This document shows positions 12,741 to 21,764 of a stretch of DNA of 56,264 nucleotides, piece after piece; the stretch's first letter is position 1, and every line of letters starts with the position of its first letter. A model generated the notes under the pieces. It searched no databases. It was not told the DNA's origin and was given only the letters and a program-made list of their open reading frames with translations. Source of the stretch: Coniocarpon cinnabarinum (lineage: Eukaryota); the NCBI GenBank assembly GCA_051942205.1, contig JAVECO010000157.1, positions 1 through 56,264 on the forward strand. Direction: 5' to 3'. The position numbers and the translations under genes are program-made.

Positions 12741-13369
12741 TTATTCTCTTTGTAACACAACAGTAAGGCCCATCAATCCCAGCATCACAGTCTTGAGCCA
12801 TGGATATTCGCTCAACAAGATTGTACCATATCCCACAAACGGCACAAAGCCTACGACGCTCCCCATGACATCTTTGCCTCTGTTAAGAAAGTTTTGTCCC
12901 CGCGCATATAGTTCTGTGTCGTCGACGGCATTGTTGTCGCCCTTGGTCAGCAGTCTTATGGGCTTCTCTCTGGAGTCATGTGTCAGTAGAAGCCGTCTGA
13001 CGTAGTTGTTCCGCAAGCGTTAAGCTCAAAGCCATCGCTACCACGAATGTTTGCTGTGCCTCGGGGGCACGTAACTCACCCTCCACCACTTCTCTTGACA
13101 ACACGATGAACAATCGGAATGTCCTTTCCATCCACGTTATACACCACAATCTCTCCAACTTGTGTATCTTCACCACGGTTCCACAGAAATAGCAGATCTC
13201 CTCGTTGAAAAGCGGGTTCCATGGATCCAGAAAGCACCACCACAATCGGTGAAGGTGAATCCGTTGCAACAGACAGACCCTTCCATAGCATGAACGCAGT
13301 AGAGAGGACGAGTGCAAAGTTGAGGGCTTGCGTGAGGATAAGACGTGGATTGGCCGTTAGGCCGACCAT
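12741..13369 (-). CDS. SEC11: Signal peptidase complex catalytic subunit; intron 12970-13079
   Basis: [38 protein letters not shown] and VPFVGYGTI motifs; the exons join as [17 protein letters not shown]. Confidence 0.95.
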
Positions 13370-13790
13370 GACGACGGCGCGACAGTGATCTGATAAAAGT
13401 TGAACACTGGTCGGTTTGAGGCTAGTGAACAGATCATTGACGCCTGAACAGATACTTTAGAGTGACAGCGCGGCGGGGGAAGTCATTCCCTTGCTTTTCA
13501 AGCTTCTAAACTGACCAGAGTCTGTAAAAAGCCGACTCGGTTCTTCGAAGGCCACATCAAGGAGAAGCATGTTGAGGCCTAGATAGAAAAGCAATATTGC
13601 CTAATATGGTAAACATGAACAATAGGCAACCTCTATACGAAGTACCTGAATTGTTTTCACAATGGCTCGTCTTTTGGTTGTGGTCTGACCTCTGATCTCA
13701 ATAAGTACTGGCTATGAATACGACGCAATTTTCGTCCTATATAGTAGGCCGTACCCTAGAAGCGAGCAGGATAGCAAACTCCGTCAATCG

Positions 13791-15532
13791 TCATTGCTGA
13801 CCCGTCTTCTCATTTTGCATACGCTGATCCAGATCCTCCTGCGATGAACCATCACCAACAATTTCGACATTCACCCTTGGACCAATATAGAATGACCGTC
13901 CACCGGCGTACCAGTAAATGACCGCGAACAAAGCAAATCCTGCCAAGATAACAGACACATAATTCATGTTCTCTGTTGCAACCGGTCTTTCTGTGGGCAA
14001 CACAAAGATAATAGTCACAAAGATCGTCCAGACCGCCGCCCACAAATTTATCCACCATCCCCATTTGCCCAAATGGTAAGGTCCAGGCTCGAAGCGGTTG
14101 GTGGACATCTTGCACAGGACCGGAATGATGTATGACCAATCGAGCGCAATGGCTGTCGAGTTGAAGATGGCTGACACTGCCGTATACGATCCGAGGCCAA
14201 TCAGCGTGACACATGTTGCCATGAGCGTGATGAGCCAAGTGGCGTAGATTGGCGTCTGTGTGTGTTGATTGATCTTGTACCAGATTCGGCTCAGGGGAAT
14301 GAGCTCATCTCTGGACAACGCCCAAAATGTTCGTGCACCGGCTTGCATGCCGGTCATTCCTGTAAAGCTAAGAATGACGTACGCGAATGCTGTGAATGTG
14401 ACACCGCCAGCTCGACCGAAAACGTTGTAAAATATCTGCGCGACTGGCTGTTCAACTGGTGAGTTCAAGATGCCATTGTCACTGAAAATGTCACCAGAAC
14501 AGTATGAGAGCACAATTGTGAAAAGCCAGCCTCCGACGTACGTGGAACCAAGAGCGATGGTGATTGCCCAAGGCGCCTTGATCCCTGGATTCTTAATCTC
14601 CTCGGCAATATGTGCAGTCGCATCATAATCAGTCATTGTCCATGAAGCGGAGAGGAAGCCGAAGAGAAATGACCAGCCTGGTGGTGACCAACCAGAGTCA
14701 GACTCGACCTCTGTCCAGACGTACTCAGAATCGTGCTTGCCGTCACACATGACGAGAAGAGCGATACAGCAGCTCACGAGCACGCCAATGTGGAAGATAA
14801 CGTACCCTCTCGTGATCCGCTCCAGGAATCGAGTGTTGAAGCTATTCAGGGTAGCGTGGAAGAACGTGTTCGCCGCCATCACTCCTACGGTCTGACGGGC
14901 TGTTGGCTCGTATTCGAAATTGGTCGACATCGAGACCGCCGCGAGAAGGAGTTGAGCGCAGCCATATTCTGTGGACGCAAGCCCAACTGTCTGTCCAAGC
15001 ACATTGAACCAGCCGCATACCCAGCTGATCTCCGCCATCCAAGCTTCAGGCGCGAGATACTTGCAGGTAAAGTAGAGTCCACCTGACGTCGGATACGCAG
15101 AGCATAGCTCGGCGACGGACAGTGCGATACACATGCAGCCGGCCCCACTAATAAGCCAGCACCAAACCGCAGACGCGGTGCCGCCTGCTTCCAAAGGATA
15201 CACAAAGGTCGTCGCAACGCTCGCGAACAAGCCAGAAATCGAAAAGGCAAATGAAATACAGGAGAGCCACGAGAACTCTCTCTTGTAAACCTTGCGCCAG
15301 CTTGTTAGAGGGTTATCTGGCCTAGGCTTCAACTGCGTGCTGCGCTCACCTGAACATAGCCCATCTCCGCAAGTCGTTTGTCAGCATCGTTTAGCTCGTC
15401 AGCTTGCACTACGTCGACTTTGTCTTTCATAGCTCGCTGAATAGCGCCAGCTGCTGAAGAATGCCGACGACCTTGAGCTGCTTCATATCTCGCCGTATAC
15501 GCTCCAGACACAGATGCACGCTTATCCTCCAT
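13791..15532 (-). CDS. APC-superfamily amino acid/GABA/polyamine permease (UGA4/TPO5-like); intron 15291-15349
   Basis: RLAEMGYVQ-VYKREFSWLSCISFAFSISG, SVAELCSAYPTSGGLY, WTMTDYDATAHIAEE and about 12 TM segments. Confidence 0.9.
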
Positions 15533-16280
15533 GTTGAGCGTTGCCTCTCTGCGTTGATCTTGATCGGAGAAGATCTCAATGTTGCTTTGGCGATCTACAC
15601 AACACTTCACGCGTTCAGCGTCGTCTTCTGGTCTGTAAGCCTTTCACAGTTGTTTGATACAATCTTGGGCCACAGGCGCTTTCAAGCTGTCGACGAGTAA
15701 GCACTTTGTTTCGTACGTAAACCTCTTATCAAAAGTTTGAGAGCACAATCCGTAGGCGTAGACTGTATTAACGAATAGACTTGAGCAAGAGGCAAAAGAA
15801 ATCAGGATTGAATGCCATTGGTGTATTTTCAAGTTTCTGATGTGCTCTGAGAGTTTAGGCGCAAAAGGCCGTCTCAAGTTTTGTCGAGTCAAAAGCAAGA
15901 CTAAGACAACAAAATACAAGGGAGGTAGGACAGCGACCTCTGACAGTTATGTATCCCTAGATCGAACAGGGTGTAAGCCTTCTCGCTAGAGTGTGGAGAA
16001 GGAGAGCTTTTTTGACGTGCACTTGCACTGGTGAGATTTCTGCTGTGACGGCGTGGAGCCATTGGCGCTATAGCTCCTAGCGTGCTGCCAAACTTCGTGC
16101 GAGTTTTATCCGCGGCCTTGGCTGCTGTTGGCCCCAGCGTACGCAGATCTAAGACATGTTCAAAGCTCTTGACTCGGTCCCTGGAGGCTTGTGAGCTTCG
16201 CGGCGACACTCTTTCCAAATTTCGAGACACGGATCCGAAGAAAGATCTAAGAACAAGCTTGTGGACATTTTGGCTGTAAG

Positions 16281-16289
16281 TATATATAT
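16281..16289 (+). promoter_or_regulatory. TATA element about 30 nt upstream of the tRNA-Ala gene
   Basis: TATATATAT at -37 to -29 from tRNA position 1, where TFIIIB/TBP binds at many Pol III genes. Confidence 0.5.
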
Positions 16290-16317
16290 CATTTGTTTGA
16301 ATGCCCGAATATTTCCC

Positions 16318-16447
16318 GGGCGTATAGCTCAGTGGGTATGTCACTTCGACCACACCACCCTTTCAACGTAATGCCATTCTAACAGCTTCGCAGTAGAGCG
16401 CCCGCTTTGCATGCGGGAGGTCTTGGGTTCGATCCCCAATTCGTCCA
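16318..16447 (+). tRNA. tRNA-Ala-TGC: tRNA-Ala(UGC), split in the D-loop by a 58-nt spliceosomal-type intron (exon 1 16318-16335, exon 2 16394-16447)
   Basis: The joined sequence GGGCGTATAGCTCAGTGG|TAGAGCGCCCGCTTTGCATGCGGGAGGTCTTGGGTTCGATCCCCAATTCGTCCA (72 nt) folds as a cloverleaf: acceptor stem with G3:U70 and discriminator A, D-stem GCTC/GAGC, anticodon stem CCCGC/GCGGG with TGC at 16408-16410, T-arm TTGGG-TTCGATC-CCCAA. A-box and B-box are intact. Confidence 0.92.
16336..16393 (+). other. U2-type (GT-AG) intron inside the tRNA gene
   Basis: 5' site GTATGT, branch point TTCTAAC (CTAAC 16379-16383), 3' CAG (16391-16393). Length and spacing match the mRNA introns in this window. Confidence 0.85.
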
Positions 16448-16453
16448 CAATGC

Positions 16454-16458
16454 TTTTT
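16454..16458 (+). terminator. RNA polymerase III terminator (T5)
   Basis: TTTTT 6 nt after the discriminator base. Confidence 0.7.
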
Positions 16459-17678
16459 GAGCCGTATACAAGGTGTCTGGCCTTGTTGTAGGCCATTGTC
16501 GTCGTTTTATGACCGTTTTTCTATCCTCCGTGTATACATCACGTGATGTCTTAAGGATGTAGCACGTGACTTCACTACCTTCTGCCTCTTACAAGAAAAA
16601 TCTATGAACACCATGCATTTTGCAGCTTTGTTGGACTGCATACAAGTAGCTGGAGATTCTGTCTCGTGAAGATGTAATTTAGAGGTTATACACAGCCTGG
16701 TCGCTTGGTCCAAATATCTCCCATCTGTTGAACGTCCAAGATACATTGACCAGCCTTACTGAATGAGGAATGCTTCAAGCATTTAACTTTTTCGCTGTGT
16801 CCATCTTCTCGTTCATTGGGATTCGTTTGCGCGAGACTTATTAGGAAGTCTATCAGAGGCACGGGAGATAGGCTTCAACACTGATGAACGGTCGATATAC
16901 AGGGCAATCATCTTCAGAGAACAAAATCATATCTCATCACAACCACGCGTCCTGCAACGGAGGCAGTACGAAACCAGTCATGTAACGCTGACCAGACACG
17001 AAAGCAAACAATGAAGCTCGTCAACAGCCATCCGAAATTAGTCTCTTTACGCAACGTCCTGCTCTTCATATTTCACGGGCTGGAACATTCTCCGTCATAC
17101 AAGCCGAGTTCGTGGCGGCGCTGGGTGCGGTCAAACCCATTCTCGCCACAAAGTCATGCCTCGACGCGACCACTGCACGGCTGCTTTAACTTTGCAAGAT
17201 GCTTGTAAGAGAGCTCAACGACTGGCCACAGGTTTCCCACAGTATCAGCCGCCTCCAGACCGCTTGAAGAATGCTGAAACTCCTAGTACTGGTCTCTTCA
17301 CGAGCCCACTCTCTACATCAATCAATACGTCTACGCCTATGTATCAAGTGTGATTTGCGGGTCTCACATTTTTCGGGGAATTGACAGTGTTTGATGCACT
17401 TGAGACGGTGGAAAAATGGCTGTTTGACCCCAATCTCAGCTAGACGGTTGGTATGATTGGCTAGCTTTTCTGTCTGTTTTCAAAATTCGAGTCGCGTCAT
17501 TTATCAGAGCCGACGCCTGGGCGTGTAAATGTGCGTGAAGCAGGGGACTGGGTCGCATCATAGTGTCTTTCAACAAGCAAGCACTATTGCTGTAGCTAGT
17601 TTCGCGTGCACAAAGAGATCTTGCAAGCTTGCAAACTCGTAATGCATTGGGTAGATCACAGTTTAAATCGATGATCAC

Positions 17679-18827
17679 TTAGTCTTTCCGTCTACCTCTA
17701 TCTCCTCTATCTTCCAATGCATCCTTGACGAGGAAGCTACACTGCCTGTCAGCAACCACTATTATTCGAACGTCGAGAGAAAGGAACTTACTTATACCAC
17801 CACACTGTTGGTACCACCGTCCCCAGATGCCATAAGCTATGCGCATCAATCATCAGCCTCCACGGCGGAAAGTCCAATATCTCCAGACTCATCGCCAGCA
17901 TGATCCACGCCACAATCATACTCGGCCACGCCTGCCACCACTGCTTCGTCTTCGCATAGCTCGTCCATGCGAAGCTCGTCCAAATGATATTTTGAATGCA
18001 GCCAATCACGATATTGGCGCCCATGTTGTAGGTGTAATCCCAGGACCACAAGCTGAGGTATCCAACGTGCAGAGCATACAGCGTGATGCAAAGCACCGTC
18101 CACAGCCGCACAACAGACTGTTTCCAAGGCTGCTTCCCCTTTGGATCATCCAGCCTGAAGACTCGAATGGGCGCAAGGTAAAACCCATAGAGCACGTTTG
18201 CGCCCGCCGCAAAATAGTCCACCTTCTCAGTCAAGTTGAAGTCGCGGGTATGGAACACCATGCTCGCCGTCCAAGCGCCATAGCCCATGTATCCAAACGC
18301 AAGGTAGTACTTCCTCAGCTGGTACGACGGCGAGACGCGCGTCAGCAGCTGAGAAATGCCCCAATAGTGCGCGAGGAAGTTGAAGAGCGAGAAGAGGACG
18401 GAGAAGGGCTCTTGCATGCCGAGGAAGCGGTGGAAGGGCCATTTGCCATGGTATTGGTGGATGGGGGCTTCGAAGGGGTCATGGCGCCTCAGACGCGCGT
18501 CGGTGACGATGTGTTGGCAGGTGTAGTCGCATTCTGAGGGACAGGTCCAGAAGAGGAGGCGGCGGTGTATAGCTGTTGTGCTGTCAATTCTGGCTTCATT
18601 GGTTGTAGATCTTGGGGGTCTTACGGATGTGTGTGCGGTAGCTGCCGCAGTTCGCCTCAGCGCAGATCTATGTCGTATGAGTCTAGGGGCGTGGAGGTAT
18701 GACCAATGCAACTCACGTCTAGACAATCATGGAATTCCTCCAATCTGTCTCCAGTGGAAGCTAGTGATAGTCCGATCAGGAGTAAACAAACAGTCAAGAT
18801 GGCCTGTTGACTGCTCAGGCGCATCAT
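17679..18827 (-). CDS. PER1: Post-GPI attachment factor Per1/PGAP3; introns 18668-18716, 18573-18624, 17737-17791
   Basis: Spliced: signal peptide MMRLSSQQAILTVCLLLIGLSLA-STGDRLEEFHDCLD-ICAEANC...-PIHRRLLFWTCPSECDYTCQH...QYHGKWPF...MQEPFSVLFS...FHTRD...IDAHSLWHLGT...WWYN-FLVKDA. Confidence 0.92.
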
Positions 18828-19229
18828 TCCCTATACAAGGTCGCGCACTCTCGTCCAGTCCTTGCTCGTCGGTATCGTGCTTCGAAAATCATTCCGAACG
18901 GACTGATTGTATGCTATCAAGCACAGATTAGATGAATCTGTAGGATCAATGGAGCGCTAATTTGCAGCGGAAAACTCGGGTCCAACATCCGCGGCAGGGT
19001 CTGACGTATATAGAAGCACAGTGAGTGCATCCACAAGACCTTGCGACTTAGATATCAACCTTTAGCGAACGCTGCGTGAATGACTCGACACGAATCTAAT
19101 GGAATTTTGTGATAAGACCAGCTTCGATGTGGGGATATCTAAAGCTATCTCAATGTATCCTTGTAATGCATCGAGCTTCTTGCAAACACATGTTCATTGC
19201 CTCGCCACATATTGAATCGTATAGGTAGG

Positions 19230-20072
19230 ATGACAGCGAACAGCATTACGCAAGACTACGTAGATACAGAATATGGAAGAATTGCCGTCTCGAAAGCAGG
19301 TCACGGAGGACCTCCCCTTCTCTTGATCCACGGCAACTCCACAAGCTCTCGCATCTGGAAGCACATCCTCGCAAGCCTTATTCCCCAGCGAACGACAGTC
19401 ATTGCACTTGACCTCCCTGGCCATGGAGACTCAGGCAATGCCCCTCATCCAGAGGATGCATACACGCAGCCTGGCTTGGCCAAGGCAGTTATGGCAGTTC
19501 TGAACCACTATCAGATCAAGTCTGTCATAGTTCTGGGATGGTCACTAGGCGGCCATATCGGCATCGAAATGATACCTCTGTGTCGGAAAGAAAGCATTGA
19601 CTACATCGGCCTCATGATCGTAGGCACACCTCCCATACCGCGAGGCAAGGTAGGCTCGGGTTTCTTCAGCGACTCCCACATGAACGCAGCGTTCCGAGAG
19701 GACTTAAGCAACGAAGAGAAGGACGCCTTTGCACATGGCACTGCTGGTGAGCCGTACGAAGATTGGATGAAGGACAACGTCTATCGCACGCATGGTGCGT
19801 TCAGGCGTATCATGTTCACGGCCATGGATCAGGGGCATCAACTTGATCAGCAAGCAACTGTGGAAACAGCTGAGAAGCCTGTCGTGGCTGCTGTGAACGG
19901 AAAGGACGAGCCATACATTAGGCTTGACTTTGTTCGGTCTGTCATGTACAGAAACCTGTGGAGAGGTCAGTGCTATGAGTTGGATGGTCTAAAGCATGCC
20001 CCTTTCTGGGAGGATCCAGACAAATTTCAGCCTTTGCTTGACGCCTTTTTACAAGAGGTCGGTAATTTTTAG
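19230..20072 (+). CDS. Alpha/beta hydrolase, intronless
   Basis: LLIHGN oxyanion motif, ALDLPGHGDS, nucleophile elbow GWSLGG, acid NGKDEP and His in LKHAPFWE. Confidence 0.88.
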   Translation: MTANSITQDYVDTEYGRIAVSKAGHGGPPLLLIHGNSTSSRIWKHILASLIPQRTTVIALDLPGHGDSGNAPHPEDAYTQPGLAKAVMAVLNHYQIKSVIVLGWSLGGHIGIEMIPLCRKESIDYIGLMIVGTPPIPRGKVGSGFFSDSHMNAAFREDLSNEEKDAFAHGTAGEPYEDWMKDNVYRTHGAFRRIMFTAMDQGHQLDQQATVETAEKPVVAAVNGKDEPYIRLDFVRSVMYRNLWRGQCYELDGLKHAPFWEDPDKFQPLLDAFLQEVGNF

Positions 20073-20565
20073 AAGAATGAGGTAGTTCTCAAGCCGCGTC
20101 GAGGATGAGCTGGAAAGTCCCAAAGCTATGGATACGTTTGGGTAACGACGGCAATGAAGACTTAATATCACAAAGCAAAAGTCACGTGTTTGAGCTCTGC
20201 GTCTCACGAGGATGGCACTAGGCAAGGGGCCGAGGCGAGCTTTCAGCTTCCAACCTGTGAAACGCAGAATGAGGATAAGGATTTCCTCACTACACCCAGC
20301 TGGTGACAAGTGTACGCTTGCAGCAGCGTCAACAATTTCAGTGTTGCCCAGTCTCTTACAACTGATCTCTGTCACTGAAACGGTATAAGTGAGATTGGAG
20401 GGACTGCTCCGCAGCGGATGACGTCGCCCGCGTCGCGGCCAAGGACGGCTGGCTATTGAGTTTGGCCGGATACCAAGCCTCAACATCCCCTCTTTGCATC
20501 TATAAGCCCCCTCTTGACGCGCCCACCACTCTTCTCTTCCTCAGCGACATGCGCAGAAGAGAGGC

Positions 20566-20934
20566 ATGGCGGCTTGGTTTTCTCTCCTACCCGAACAGCT
20601 GAGCGTCTATGAGATATGGCTCGTGCGAATCTTCCTCCTTCTCGGCATTTTGACCATCGGGCCATGGATCGCAATCATCATCTACGACTTTCTCCTCTAT
20701 GTCTGGCGATGGCTGACTTATGATCTTCCATGGATTGGCGGCCGTGCCCGTGGCAGACCGAAACCCCGTCGACCGAGTCTGAGTGAGCGTCCAAACGGCG
20801 CACCTCGAAGAATGGGCTATCACAGCCCATCGGCGTCAATGGACAGCGCGCAATACGATACCATATCTACAACACGTTTCATGCCTGATCAGGATATCAA
20901 GAGGAGAATGGAGAATGCTTTGTCGGACGAATGA
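20566..20934 (+). CDS. Small membrane protein, hypothetical
   Basis: 122-aa ORF with a long hydrophobic segment (WLVRIFLLLGILTIGPWIAIIIYDFLLYVWR) and basic tail GGRARGRPKPRRPSL; TATAAG about 65 nt upstream. Confidence 0.65.
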   Translation: MAAWFSLLPEQLSVYEIWLVRIFLLLGILTIGPWIAIIIYDFLLYVWRWLTYDLPWIGGRARGRPKPRRPSLSERPNGAPRRMGYHSPSASMDSAQYDTISTTRFMPDQDIKRRMENALSDE

Positions 20935-21764
20935 CAAGGACTCAACTGCACCGCGACCGCCGCACAGGAAGCAATTGACCGTTCTCGATTACATCCAGCT
21001 CCAACATATCTCAAGCACTTGCCACGCTTAGGTTCTAGAGGGTGGACTCGAGAGCCGCAGTCTAGCAGATGAGGAGAGTCAGAAGCAATGCCGTGCCAGC
21101 GTGCGGTCCCCGCAACGATCGTTTATCTCTCTGCAAGTTCCGAATTGCGGACAGAATTAGATCGAGCGAACCTTTGAACCTGGACCACACCTTCGCGACT
21201 CGTCAGACAGATCATGGGCACTTGATGTTCTGCCGCGTACGATAGCATTCACAGTCGATCTGCAGGAGCCAGAAGGTGGAGGTGGTGAAGAACGCAGAAA
21301 CAGGCAGGAGCAGGTTAACACCTCTCCAAAGCAGCTGGAGAACATCGGTCATTGTCAACAAACACATATAGAAGTTTCTCTCCCAATCAATAACATGCTT
21401 TGGATTGTGCACATACATGAATCTTCATTTCTTGCTGCATTCTGCACTCTGCATTTGCTACATGGCAGAAACATATGTGAAAACGAAAGCGAGCAAGCAG
21501 ATCGGCACAGTCAAGGCCGAACCCATCTTCACCTCTGACTGGGCTGGTCCCAAGTCATCTACTGCTCTCAACTCCATCCGAAGCGCATCTCGCCTCAGTC
21601 CGTCCTTGAAGCCGACTGCAAAGCTCAAAGCATCCGTGCAATCGCTTCATGCCTCAAATGACGATCACGCCAGCGTGTACAGCCTGCACAGTGTCCTCTC
21701 CGCCACCAAGAGCACCGAGTTGACAGGAGCTCCAGCCGCGCCCAACGCGACAACGAAGGGAAAC

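Noticed and set aside
15901..16353. 150-aa minus-strand ORF overlapping the tRNA 5' end
   Set aside because: Non-ATG start, no recognisable motifs, and it overlaps the tRNA gene.
16336..16393. Alternative reading of the tRNA insert as a canonical TSEN/BHB intron or a transposon footprint
   Set aside because: It is not at position 37/38, and I see no bulge-helix-bulge, terminal repeats or extended target duplication. All three spliceosomal signals are present with normal spacing.
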